A stretch of DNA of 64,000 bases from Bacteroidales bacterium (GCA_035719105.1 DASTGN010000006.1:125085-189084); one strand, 5' to 3'; shown: positions 1 through 9,272, counted from the stretch's first letter. A program made the numbers and translations. The notes: generated by a model from the letters alone, not told the origin.

Positions 1-2500
1 ATTAGTGGGCACTCATACTGGCGGTTATTCGGCTTTTATGTTTGATTGCACCCAAGACCTGTTGATTGGGCAAGATAATGTTATCGCCATTCAGGTCGAC
101 AACTCTAAAAGCATTTTGTGCCCTCCTTTATCAGCAGATTTTACCTTTTTTGGTGGGCTTACCCGAAATGTGGAATTGGTCGCTGCCAACCCCGTTCATA
201 TCAACCCAAACGAGTACATTTCCAATACGTTGACTATGGAAGGCATTCGGGTCGCCCAGCCTGGTGTACAGCTCAAACAGAGCAATGTGTCAGGAACCTC
301 GGCTGATTTGACGATTCTGACCAAATTGCGGAATGCCAGCGCGATTTCTGCCAATATCAGTTTGGAAATTAACGTTAAAGATGCTGCGGGTATACTAATA
401 AAAACGTTGACGGATGCAAAAGCACTTCCCGCAAACGATACCTTGACTTCCACGTTGGCTACAACCTTTTCCAATCCTCATTTGTGGGATGGAGTCAATG
501 ATCCCTATCTGTATCGGGTTGAAGTGGTTTTGAAAGTAGACGGCGTTGAAACCGATCGTTCCGTTCAACCTTTGGGATTCCGTTATTTCAGCGTTGATTC
601 GAACAACGGATTCTTCTTGAATGGAAAAGCGTATCCGTTGAGAGGCATCTGCATGCATGAGGAAAAAAAGGATCATGGGCATGCCGTGACGGACGCAGAC
701 AGGCGTGAAGCCATTGATTTATTGGCGGAAACAGGTATGAACTATTTCCGGTTGTCTCACTACCAGCATGGGGATTTCACGTACGATTATTTAGACTCTT
801 TGGGAATTATCTGTTGGGCAGAGATTCCTGCTGTCAACAGTGTGGGATTGACCATCGAGGATAACAGGATTTATCGAAAGAATGCTGCATCAATGATGTA
901 TGAACTGTTGCGCCAACAATACAACCATCCCTCAATCGTATTTTGGGGACTGTGTAACGAAATCGATTATCAACCGACCATCGATCCGCTTGGAACAGTT
1001 ACTCAGCTCAATACCATTGTGAAGTCTGAAGATACTTATCGATTTACGACCCTGGCTGCCATGTATTCGGAAAGAGCATCCAATTGGGTGCCAGATGTCT
1101 ATTCCAACAATCGATACGATGGTTGGTACTACGGCTCCATTCAGGACTTTGGTACAACCATGGACGCTTTGCATGTTAAATATCCAACCCGCAAGATTGG
1201 GGTGAGTGAATATGGAGTAGGGGCCAATATCAATCAACATGAAATTCCTGCCGGATTACATGCAAGTGGCCAATTTCATCCGGAAGAATATCAGAATCTT
1301 TTTCACGAGCAGTATCTGAACATGATCAATGCTCGTCCCTACATCTGGAGTTCGTCCGTATGGGCTGGTTTTGATTTTTCATCTGACGGACGTAACGAAG
1401 GGGCTCAACCAGGAATTAATGACAAAGGGCTGATTACGTTCGATCGAAAAGTCAAAAAGGATGCCTTTTATTTGTACAAAGCCAATTGGAATAAGAAAGA
1501 TCACTTTGTTCATATAACCAGCAAGCGGTATACGACTCGTCCCAGTTTGGTCAACCCGATTAAGATTTATTCCAATTGCGCCTCAGTATCCTTGAAAGTC
1601 AATGGAAATATTTTAGAGACGAAGACGGCTACCGATCATCTATTTGTTTGGGAAAGTGTCACATTGTTAGAAGGAACCAACAAAATCGAAGCCATCGGCA
1701 CCCTGAATGGTGTAGAATATCGTGACAGTGCTGTCTGGATTGCAACCAATACCATTCCGTCACCACAATACCCTGTGGTACCCAGCGGGCAAATCCAGAT
1801 CAATTTTCAGAAAACCACCACAACCTCTACTCCATCCGGTTATTTAAAGGATGATGGAACAGTCTTCGGAGATCGGGGAAATGGGTACAGCTATGGTTGG
1901 AATGTCAGCAACACGGCAAATGGGCGTGAGCGGGGTTTGGTCGAAAAACGTTTTGACACGTTCGTCCAGATGCAAACCACCTATACCTGGTCTATTGCGT
2001 TGCCGAACCAATGGTACAAGGTCTCCATTGCCGCCGGTGATGCAAGTTATACAGACAGCAATCATAAGATTGAAGCAAATGGAGTGTTGATTGTCGATTT
2101 TTTGCCAACCTCAACCAATAAATTCGGTGCAGGAACTGCTTATGTCAGAGTAACAAACGGATTTCTATCAGTAAAACAGGCAGCTGGTAGCGTCAACCCT
2201 AAAATTGATTTCATACACCTAACACCAGTTACCGATCAAGAAGCCACTACGGCTACCGAAAAAATTAAAAAAAAAAAGTTGATGGCCTACGTTCAAAACG
2301 ATCGAATCTATATTGAGAATCGACTTGCTGATAACGGTTTGGTAGAATTGTTTGATACAGCTGGTCATTTAATTTTCTCTAAAAAGGAAATGAATCCAAA
2401 TGCAGTAATACCTATAAAGTCTTTACCTAAAGGAGTCTATATTTTGCAACTGGACCACGCCAATCAAAATTATCAATTAAAAATAGTCAAATCTAGCTGA
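1..2500 (+). CDS. Glycoside hydrolase family 2 (beta-glycosidase), 5' end cut by the window edge, with a C-terminal T9SS sorting domain
   Basis: The reading frame is open to the window start, so the start at 5 in the ORF track is an artefact. GH2-like motifs are WGLCNEIDY (acid/base NE), VSEYGVGAN (nucleophile E) and WAGFDFSSDGRNEG...NDKGLITFDRKVKKDAFYLYKANW. An extra beta-sandwich-like region follows (GYLKDDGTVFGDRGNGYSYGWN). The last ~75 aa (VELFDTAGHLIF...GVYILQLD...LKIVK) resemble a T9SS type-A sorting domain. Confidence 0.85.
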   Translation, partial: LVGTHTGGYSAFMFDCTQDLLIGQDNVIAIQVDNSKSILCPPLSADFTFFGGLTRNVELVAANPVHINPNEYISNTLTMEGIRVAQPGVQLKQSNVSGTSADLTILTKLRNASAISANISLEINVKDAAGILIKTLTDAKALPANDTLTSTLATTFSNPHLWDGVNDPYLYRVEVVLKVDGVETDRSVQPLGFRYFSVDSNNGFFLNGKAYPLRGICMHEEKKDHGHAVTDADRREAIDLLAETGMNYFRLSHYQHGDFTYDYLDSLGIICWAEIPAVNSVGLTIEDNRIYRKNAASMMYELLRQQYNHPSIVFWGLCNEIDYQPTIDPLGTVTQLNTIVKSEDTYRFTTLAAMYSERASNWVPDVYSNNRYDGWYYGSIQDFGTTMDALHVKYPTRKIGVSEYGVGANINQHEIPAGLHASGQFHPEEYQNLFHEQYLNMINARPYIWSSSVWAGFDFSSDGRNEGAQPGINDKGLITFDRKVKKDAFYLYKANWNKKDHFVHITSKRYTTRPSLVNPIKIYSNCASVSLKVNGNILETKTATDHLFVWESVTLLEGTNKIEAIGTLNGVEYRDSAVWIATNTIPSPQYPVVPSGQIQINFQKTTTTSTPSGYLKDDGTVFGDRGNGYSYGWNVSNTANGRERGLVEKRFDTFVQMQTTYTWSIALPNQWYKVSIAAGDASYTDSNHKIEANGVLIVDFLPTSTNKFGAGTAYVRVTNGFLSVKQAAGSVNPKIDFIHLTPVTDQEATTATEKIKKKKLMAYVQNDRIYIENRLADNGLVELFDTAGHLIFSKKEMNPNAVIPIKSLPKGVYILQLDHANQNYQLKIVKSS

Positions 2501-2544
2501 AAAACTACTTCCTTCAAATTATTTACCTTAAAATTATTAACATT

Positions 2545-5292
2545 ATGGAAACAAAACATTTACTTAAAAAGATTGTTCTTGTGACTGCTTGCTTAGCTAC
2601 GTCATTCGTGACTAAAGCTGTAACTACTGCAACTACGTTTGCAGAATTGCAAAGTCAATTTGCGGCAGCTGTTGCAAGCGGTGTGCCTTCGACCATTAAT
2701 ATCGGTGCAGCGATTTCCGTTGATGCCGATTTTGAAATGGTATCTACCGGAGATACCGTCACTCTGAATTTCGTTCCTTATGGTATTACAGTGAAATCTG
2801 GAACGTTGACTTTTGGGAATAAAGTGAAAGTAACTTCTGGCAATCTGACTGCTGGCTGCATTCAGGCGGATGCGGGTGGTAAAATTGTAGTAAATGCTGG
2901 AAGTAACTTTGTAAGTACTACCGGATTTACCGTTCGTGCATTGGCTGGAGGAACAGTCACTGTGAACGGAGGTACGATGACCAGTACAGCTACAAGTCCA
3001 TTGGCTGCAGCTGGAGGAAATGTAATCATCAACGGTGGAACCATTACAACCACGAATTATCCTGCGGTTGCTTCTGGTGCATCCATCATGGTATCTGGAG
3101 TTGCAACTGCTTCTGGAGGTACGGTGACCATCAATGGTGGTAACATCACAACAAAAGCCACTGGTATCGCCAGGGGAGTTGGAATTGACTACAACGGCAT
3201 CTGTATCATCAATGGTGGAGAAATCCATTCAGATCTCGGCGGCGGTAGAGCAGTCAGCATCAATAGTACCAATGCAGGTGGTAAGTTGTATGTCAATGGC
3301 GGAACCATTTCTGCTCTTGGCGCCACGGGTAGAGCCATCCAAATCGACAACAACAATGCCTCCGCCTGGATTTCGGGTTCGCCAGTCATCACTGGTGGTT
3401 TGGAAGCCATCATGGCTCAAAAATATGGTGTGGTCGTAGTTTCTGGCACTCCTACTTTAACTGGTGTGATCGGTACCAACTCAACCAATGCAAAACTTTA
3501 CGATACACGCAATATGGGTGCCATCATCGCTACTCCTTCAACAGGATATTATGCAAGTACACAAACTGTTACATTAAGTGGCGCTACAGGAACCATTTAT
3601 AAATATGTCAATACAACCTCTCAAGCATCTGCTACATCGGTGACAGCTACCCTGCTGTACACCAAAGATGGAACGACCCCTGTAACGACCAGCACAGCTT
3701 ATGCAGACCCCATTTCCGTAGCTGTTCCTTCCGTGTTGACCGTTTCCCCACTCATTGATTTGACCACCCTTGGAACCCCCGTTGTATTCACTTATTATCC
3801 AACAGGTGCACCAACAACAGCAGCTCCTACACCTCCGGTATATGCTGCTCCCAAAGTAACCTCGATTTTTAGCGATGCCTATACGAATGTAGCCAATACC
3901 AATTTCAACCCAGGATGGGGACAAAGTGGATCTTGCAAAGTATTTAACTCAGAAGGTGGAAGTGTGCTCCGGGTATCTAATTTGAATTATCAGGGCATTG
4001 AATTTGGAAGTGATGTTAATGCATTGCCTATGAACTATTTGCACATTGACGTATTTACACCAAACGAAACTTCCTTGCAACTTTTCTGTATCAGTCGTAA
4101 AACAGGTGAAAAAGCATATCAGCTAACGCCTCTAAACTTAAACGCCTGGAATAGTTTCGATATACCTCTGACTGCCTTTACCAGCCAAGGACTATCTGTT
4201 GCTGATTTGTTCCAGTTTAAACTGGTAGGCTCTGGTGCCAAAACATCGTATTTGGATAATGTGTATTTCTATAACAGCGATCCTACGCCAGACGCCGAAG
4301 CACCTGCTGCATTTACCGCAGTTAAAGGCCTGGTCTCTTCTGATGCTGTAGAATTGGTGTTGAATGCTACCGATAATAAAGGTGCCATCAATTATGAAAT
4401 CACCTATGGAACCACAACGTTGAAAACCACTGGAATCACGGGAGTGCAGAAGTCATTCATGGTGACCTCCTTAGCTGGATCGACCGACTATAGTTTTTCC
4501 ATTGTAGCTAAAGACCCCACTGGAAATGTAGCACTAAACAGCCCTATTGTTGTTACTGCAACCACTTTGGCTCCATTGCCAGGTGCCCCAGTGCCAACAT
4601 TTGATGCCGCTAAAGTAATTTCCATTTTCAGCGATACCTATACCTCTGTTGCAGCTACCGCCAATTACAATCCAGGCTGGGGTCAAAGCACCGTCGAATC
4701 TTCGGTGTTGATGAGCGGAAATAACGCTATCAAGTTGGCTAATTTGAATTACCAAGGTCTCGATTTGAATAAAACAATCGATGTCAGTTCAATGAACAAA
4801 TTGCACATCGATGTCTACACTTCGGATGAAACCAGCTTGCAGATTACTCCGATCAGTGCTGGTCCAAAGGAAAAATTGGTCTTGCTTACTCCATTGAATT
4901 TGAATGCATGGAATAGCTACGATCTTCCTTTATCCTCCTTTACTGGTGTAGATCCTCTATCAGTATTTCAATTTAAACTGGTAGGCTCAGGTGGAAAAAC
5001 CATCTATTATGACAATCTGTACTTCTACAATGATGCGACCGGTATTGCCAATGTTGTCAACAATTCCGTTCAATGTTTCCCGACTATTTTTGATAATGTT
5101 CTGAATGTTGTTTCAGAATCGCCTATCAGTCAAATTGTTGTAAGAAACTTGATTGGACAGACATTGAGAACCATGACCGTTAACAATCGTGAAGCCAAAA
5201 TTAATCTAAGCGACGTTTCTGCCGGAAATTATTTGGTAACCGTCAAACTGGTTAGTGGACAAATGAAAACTCAAAAAGTCATTAAACATTAA
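2545..5292 (+). CDS. Secreted multidomain protein: Gly/Thr-rich beta-helix-like repeats, two copies of an unassigned glycan-binding-like module, one Fn3-like domain, and a T9SS C-terminal sorting domain
   Basis: It has a signal peptide (LVTACLATSFVTKA). The N-terminal half carries repeated GGxVTVNGGT / GGNVIINGGTITT units. Two ~142-aa modules share SIFSD.YT.V....NPGWGQS...LNYQG...LHIDV.T..ETSLQ...LTPLNLNAWNS.D.PL..F....FQFKLVGSG.K..Y.DN.YFYN. An Fn3-like segment lies between them (AVELVLNATDNKGAINYEITYG...STDYSFSIVAKD). The terminal ~75 aa are CTD-like (CFPTIF...NYLVTVKL...QKVIKH). Confidence 0.75.
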   Translation: METKHLLKKIVLVTACLATSFVTKAVTTATTFAELQSQFAAAVASGVPSTINIGAAISVDADFEMVSTGDTVTLNFVPYGITVKSGTLTFGNKVKVTSGNLTAGCIQADAGGKIVVNAGSNFVSTTGFTVRALAGGTVTVNGGTMTSTATSPLAAAGGNVIINGGTITTTNYPAVASGASIMVSGVATASGGTVTINGGNITTKATGIARGVGIDYNGICIINGGEIHSDLGGGRAVSINSTNAGGKLYVNGGTISALGATGRAIQIDNNNASAWISGSPVITGGLEAIMAQKYGVVVVSGTPTLTGVIGTNSTNAKLYDTRNMGAIIATPSTGYYASTQTVTLSGATGTIYKYVNTTSQASATSVTATLLYTKDGTTPVTTSTAYADPISVAVPSVLTVSPLIDLTTLGTPVVFTYYPTGAPTTAAPTPPVYAAPKVTSIFSDAYTNVANTNFNPGWGQSGSCKVFNSEGGSVLRVSNLNYQGIEFGSDVNALPMNYLHIDVFTPNETSLQLFCISRKTGEKAYQLTPLNLNAWNSFDIPLTAFTSQGLSVADLFQFKLVGSGAKTSYLDNVYFYNSDPTPDAEAPAAFTAVKGLVSSDAVELVLNATDNKGAINYEITYGTTTLKTTGITGVQKSFMVTSLAGSTDYSFSIVAKDPTGNVALNSPIVVTATTLAPLPGAPVPTFDAAKVISIFSDTYTSVAATANYNPGWGQSTVESSVLMSGNNAIKLANLNYQGLDLNKTIDVSSMNKLHIDVYTSDETSLQITPISAGPKEKLVLLTPLNLNAWNSYDLPLSSFTGVDPLSVFQFKLVGSGGKTIYYDNLYFYNDATGIANVVNNSVQCFPTIFDNVLNVVSESPISQIVVRNLIGQTLRTMTVNNREAKINLSDVSAGNYLVTVKLVSGQMKTQKVIKH

Positions 5293-5297
5293 TTTCT

Positions 5298-5340
5298 GTG
5301 AGTCCGCAGATAATCTTTTCTGCGGACTCACTCTTTTTTT
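5298..5340 (+). terminator. Rho-independent terminator after the 915-aa secreted protein
   Basis: A perfect 13-bp stem pairs gtgagtccgcaga (5298-5310) with tctgcggactcac (5319-5331), with an 8-nt loop. It is followed by tcttttttt. Confidence 0.8.
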
Positions 5341-5407
5341 AACCAGTCATTCGCACAAAGTCTGTTTTGGTTGTTTGCCTAATGATTACAAATTCAGCTA
5401 TCACCTA

Positions 5408-6607
5408 ATGAATCATTCCAAGACCCTGTTTTTCTTCTACTTTCTCTTTTTTTTACCTACCTTATTTGCCCAACGTGACTTGTCCATGGAGTCGCTTAAC
5501 AAGGTTGCAAGCAATGCCCTTGCAACAGATTATCAATTGGTTTGGCAAGATAATTTCGATGGAACTCAGCTTGATGAAACCAACAACTGGGTGATCGAAG
5601 TGAATGGAGATGGAGGTGGAAATGCTGAACTGCAATATTATCGCCGTGAAAACATTTCCGTTGGTCCCGAACCGGTAAGCGGAGCTGGATGTTTGATTAT
5701 CACTGGTAAAAAAGAAAATTTCTCTGGAAAGTTTTGCACCTCCGGTAGACTTAAGACCTCCGGAAAGATGTCCTTCAAACATGGTAAGATTGAAGCCAGA
5801 ATTAAACTACCTCATACTGCCAATGGCTTATGGCCGGCATTTTGGATGATGGGTCAGGATTATCCATTGGTTGGATGGCCAAAATGCGGTGAGATTGATA
5901 TCCTGGAAATGGGAAATGTCAATGGCATCAATCGAGGTACACAGGATCGATATTTCAGCAGTTGGTTCCATTGGGGCGAAAGTTGGAATGGGGGAGCCTA
6001 TCCCAATTGGGGCAAAGATTTTACCAATCCAACTGGCATTCAGGATGATTTCCATCTTTTTACATTAATATGGGACGATCATTCTTTGAAAACGTATTTT
6101 GATCTAGACAAAGATCCTTTGAAAGCTCCAATTGTTGAAATGACTATTGATGGAAACGATGTTGTAGGAAATGCAGCTCATTATTTTCATAAGAATTTTT
6201 ATGTCATTTTCAATTTGGCAATTGGTGGGAATTTTACTGGAATCAGGGACATCAACAACATCACAGCCTTGGCCAATGGCAATGTGTACATGTATGTTGA
6301 CTATGTAAGAGTGTATCAAAAAGGCGTGATAGGCGAAGCGTATTCCGGCCCTGCTTTGGTCAATTCTATTGACAAGGTCGCCTCAATCAGCTATCAAATT
6401 TACCCCAATCCCGTCGAAGGACAAATTCACATTGAGGGTGAAGAAATTCCGACTGAAGTTGATATTTATTCTGTTACGGGTCAGTTCATGAAGAAAGTTA
6501 CAAACACCGATTTCATCGATGTTTCCACGTTGCCAACCGGAATCTATTTAGTAAAGATTTCAGGAATAAATGGAAAAGAAGAAATGCATCGACTCATCAA
6601 GAAATAA
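5408..6607 (+). CDS. Glycoside hydrolase family 16 (laminarinase/beta-1,3(4)-glucanase type) with a T9SS C-terminal sorting domain
   Basis: GH16 catalytic ExDxxE motif is present (GEIDILE), with WPAFWMMG, GGGNAELQYY and YVDYVRVYQ. I prefer the ATG at 5408 (MNHSKTLFFFYFLFFLPTLFAQ signal peptide) over the TTG at 5375. The C-terminus YQIYPNPVEG...GIYLVKISG...HRLIKK is a T9SS CTD. Confidence 0.9.
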   Translation: MNHSKTLFFFYFLFFLPTLFAQRDLSMESLNKVASNALATDYQLVWQDNFDGTQLDETNNWVIEVNGDGGGNAELQYYRRENISVGPEPVSGAGCLIITGKKENFSGKFCTSGRLKTSGKMSFKHGKIEARIKLPHTANGLWPAFWMMGQDYPLVGWPKCGEIDILEMGNVNGINRGTQDRYFSSWFHWGESWNGGAYPNWGKDFTNPTGIQDDFHLFTLIWDDHSLKTYFDLDKDPLKAPIVEMTIDGNDVVGNAAHYFHKNFYVIFNLAIGGNFTGIRDINNITALANGNVYMYVDYVRVYQKGVIGEAYSGPALVNSIDKVASISYQIYPNPVEGQIHIEGEEIPTEVDIYSVTGQFMKKVTNTDFIDVSTLPTGIYLVKISGINGKEEMHRLIKK

Positions 6608-6608
6608 A

Positions 6609-7556
6609 ATGAAAAATAGAATTTGGTTTAAGAGAAAAACGAATCATATCCTTTGGTTGTGTCTTTTGATGATGCTGGCTTTGCCTGAATTGGATGCAAA
6701 TAATCCTACCGACCAAAAGGAGGAATACCATCTGGTTTGGGAAGAAAATTTTGACGGAGCACCATTAAATGAGACCGACCATTGGACGGTTATCCTCAAT
6801 GGAAAGGGTGGAGGTAACAAAGAATTGCAATATTATAGAAGGGAAAATATTGAAATTGGCAAGTATCCGGCAAGTGGTGAAAACTGCCTGATTATTAGTG
6901 CCAAAAAACAAAAATACCGTTTTAAATCGTTTACATCCGGTCGCCTTTCCACGCAAAATAAAATGGCCTTTCGATATGGAAAAGTGGAAGCGCGAATTAA
7001 ATTACCTGTCACTGCAGACGGATTATGGCCGGCCTTTTGGATGTTAGGTGCAGATTACCCCAAAGCGGTTTGGCCAAAATGTGGGGAAATTGATATTTTG
7101 GAAATGGGCAGTAAAAAAGGAATAACAGATGGCTTGCAGGATCGATACTTTGGTGGAGCATGCCATTGGGGTGAAAAATTCAACCATGGTCGTTATCCCA
7201 ATTTTGGAAAGTCTTCTGTCAGTCCATACAGCTTGCAAGATGGGTTCCACCTATATACTTTGATTTGGAACGCCAACGAGCTAAAAATGTATCTGGATTT
7301 GGATAAACATCCCGATAATGCGCCCTATTTTGAATTGCCTATCGGTGGAGAAGACTTGCCATACAAAACTGCGCATTATTTTCACAAACCGTTCTTTATC
7401 ATTTTAAATCTTGCTGTAGGAGGGAACTACACTCAAATTAAGAAGGGGAATATGATTACCGCCTTTAAAAATGGGGATGCAAAAATGTATGTGGATTTTG
7501 TAAGAGTTTATCAAAAGGGTGATGCTGGTGAAGTGCTTTTGATAAGGAATAAATAA
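6609..7556 (+). CDS. Glycoside hydrolase family 16 paralog, with a signal peptide and no T9SS CTD
   Basis: It carries the same GH16 motifs (GEIDILEMG, WPAFWMLG, GGGNKELQYY, YVDFVRVYQ). The ATG at 6609 lies 1 nt after the upstream stop and gives MKNRIWFKRKTNHILWLCLLMMLALPELDA. The longer ORF from 6570 would overlap the upstream CTD. Confidence 0.9.
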   Translation: MKNRIWFKRKTNHILWLCLLMMLALPELDANNPTDQKEEYHLVWEENFDGAPLNETDHWTVILNGKGGGNKELQYYRRENIEIGKYPASGENCLIISAKKQKYRFKSFTSGRLSTQNKMAFRYGKVEARIKLPVTADGLWPAFWMLGADYPKAVWPKCGEIDILEMGSKKGITDGLQDRYFGGACHWGEKFNHGRYPNFGKSSVSPYSLQDGFHLYTLIWNANELKMYLDLDKHPDNAPYFELPIGGEDLPYKTAHYFHKPFFIILNLAVGGNYTQIKKGNMITAFKNGDAKMYVDFVRVYQKGDAGEVLLIRNK

Positions 7557-7653
7557 TAATAAAGATACCCAGTCTTTCTTGTTTTTATTATGCAACAATA
7601 ACAGTGCATTTCAGAAACAAAACAAAATATTTGGACAAATCATAATTATTTTT

Positions 7654-7661
7654 TAGCTTTG
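7654..7661 (+). promoter_or_regulatory. Candidate Bacteroidota -7 promoter box (TAnnTTTG) upstream of abiEi
   Basis: tagctttg lies 26 nt upstream of the ATG at 7687. This is a motif match only. Confidence 0.3.
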
Positions 7662-7686
7662 TGAACTGAACATTGAAATTAATCCA

Positions 7687-8265
7687 ATGAGTAGTTCTCC
7701 AAATAGCGATTTGATATTATCGGTTTTTAGCGATACACGGAGTGTTTTCTCGCTGAACGATGTTGCTATGCTTATCCGGGAGAGCGATTTTAAGAAACTG
7801 AACGAGCGGTTGAATTACTATGTTCGCAAGGGAAAGTTGCTCCGTCCGCGAAAAGGTATTTATGTTAAACCTGGCTACAACCCGGAAGAGCTGGCCTGTA
7901 CGCTTTATACACCGTCTTATATTTCGCTGGAATATGTGTTGCAAAAAGCCGGTGTTGTTTTCCAGTATGATGAACGAATAACTGCTGTAAGCTATTTGAG
8001 CCGTAGTGTCGATATAGAAGGCCGTACTTACTCCTATCGAAAAATAAAGGGTGAAATCCTTATTATCACGCAAGGCATCAGTCAAACCGGCGATGTAAAT
8101 ATTGCCACACCCGAACGTGCCTTTTTGGATGTTCTGTACTTGAATGCAACATACTATTTCGACAACTTAAATCTCCTTGATAAGGATTTAATAACTAAAC
8201 TTTTGCCGATATATAATTCCAAAACGCTAACGGCAAGGGTTAAAAAAATGCTCGCAAATGGTTAA
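7687..8265 (+). CDS. abiEi: Type IV toxin-antitoxin system AbiEi-family antitoxin / transcriptional regulator
   Basis: The 192-aa protein has an N-terminal wHTH-like segment (FSLNDVAMLIRESDFKKLNERLNYYVRKGKLLRPRKGIYV). It overlaps the downstream AbiEii-like gene by 8 nt, which is the canonical pairing. Confidence 0.7.
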   Translation: MSSSPNSDLILSVFSDTRSVFSLNDVAMLIRESDFKKLNERLNYYVRKGKLLRPRKGIYVKPGYNPEELACTLYTPSYISLEYVLQKAGVVFQYDERITAVSYLSRSVDIEGRTYSYRKIKGEILIITQGISQTGDVNIATPERAFLDVLYLNATYYFDNLNLLDKDLITKLLPIYNSKTLTARVKKMLANG

Positions 8266-8956
8266 TATCAACAAGCATAAATTTTTTCTGACGCAGATGC
8301 TCAAAGACATCTATTCCGATATCGAGCTGACAAATTGTCTCGGCTTCAAAGGTGGAACGGCATTGATGTTTTTTTATGATTTGCCCCGTTTTTCGGTCGA
8401 TTTGGATTTCAATCTACTCGACTTGGCAAAAGAAAAGTCGGTGTATGAAAAGGTGCGAAAAATCCTGTTGAAATATGGTAAAATATTTGACGAGGCAATG
8501 AAGTTCTACGGCCCGATTATCGTACTGGATTACGGTATCGGCGAACGGAAATTGAAAATAGAAATATCCAACCGGCAGTGGGACAACCATTACGAAAGAA
8601 AAAACTTGCTGGGTATCAATATGCAAGTGATGATTGCTCCAGATATGTTCGCTCATAAACTTTGCGCTTTACTAGACCGTGGAGAATTAACGAATCGTGA
8701 TATCTTTGATAGTTGGTTCTTCATGCAGAATCAAACGCCGATAAACAAAGAGATTGTTGAAACCCGCATGGAAATGCCACTGGTTGATTACATGCAAAAA
8801 TGTATCGACCATCTCGAAAGCATGAGTGACCGAGGTATTCTAAATGGTTTGGGTGAATTAATGGATGAGGATATGAAGAAATTCGTTCGGACAAAACTAC
8901 GGACAGAAACCCTATCCCTGCTTCGGTTCTATAAAGAATTTCCGATTCTCGCATAG
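8258..8956 (+). CDS. abiEii: Nucleotidyltransferase AbiEii/AbiGii-family toxin (DUF1814-like)
   Basis: It has the characteristic N-terminal motif FKGGTALMFFYDLPRFSVDLDFN. Size is 232 aa, and it sits immediately downstream of, and overlapping, the AbiEi-like gene. Confidence 0.8.
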   Translation: MVNINKHKFFLTQMLKDIYSDIELTNCLGFKGGTALMFFYDLPRFSVDLDFNLLDLAKEKSVYEKVRKILLKYGKIFDEAMKFYGPIIVLDYGIGERKLKIEISNRQWDNHYERKNLLGINMQVMIAPDMFAHKLCALLDRGELTNRDIFDSWFFMQNQTPINKEIVETRMEMPLVDYMQKCIDHLESMSDRGILNGLGELMDEDMKKFVRTKLRTETLSLLRFYKEFPILA

Positions 8957-9042
8957 GGTGTTGGACCTGGAAATGCTCCTTTTTATCTTTATAATTATTT
9001 TGATTATTAGTATTATCCCTTTTAAAATCCTTCGTGGGAAAT

Positions 9043-9074
9043 AAAAAAAAGTCTGCTAATCTACTGATTAACAG
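9043..9074 (-). terminator. Rho-independent terminator downstream of the tRNA-Val pair (minus strand)
   Basis: On the minus strand, ctgttaatc-agta-gattagcag forms a 9-bp stem with one G:U pair. It is followed by a run of 8 T (plus-strand a-run 9043-9050). Confidence 0.6.
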
Positions 9075-9126
9075 GCTCTATATTATTGTTTGGCTTTTGT
9101 TGTCTTTCGACCTTTTTGCCTTTCGG

Positions 9127-9201
9127 TGGGCGTTGAGGGATTCGAACCCCCGACCCTCTGCTTGTAAGGCAGATGCTCTGAACCAGCTGAGCTAAACGCC
9201 C
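9127..9201 (-). tRNA. tRNA-Val (anticodon TAC)
   Basis: The minus-strand sequence GGGCGTTTAGCTCAGCTGGTTCAGAGCATCTGCCTTACAAGCAGAGGGTCGGGGGTTCGAATCCCTCAACGCCCA folds by hand into a 75-nt cloverleaf. It has a 7-bp acceptor stem, a GCTC/GAGC D-stem, a TCTGC/GCAGA anticodon stem with loop CTTACAA, and a GGGGG/CCCTC T-stem with a TTCGAAT loop. Confidence 0.92.
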
Positions 9202-9272
9202 TTTCGGGATGATTTTGAAAAAACGAAGCCCATTTTAAATACTCCACTTGCGTGTGTTTTTTTTGGACTCGG

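Noticed and set aside
2602-3439. Several antisense or alternative-frame ORFs (208, 101, 74 and 63 aa) inside the N-terminal half of the 915-aa protein.
   Set aside because: The repetitive GGT/ACC-rich beta-helix coding DNA lacks stops in other frames. The products are compositionally biased and have no starts with plausible upstream signals.
6570-6608. A longer start for the second GH16 gene (ATG at 6570) and a TTG start at 5375 for the first.
   Set aside because: The 6570 start would overlap the upstream gene's CTD by 38 nt and add a charged leader before the real signal peptide. The ATGs at 6609 and 5408 each give a standard signal peptide.
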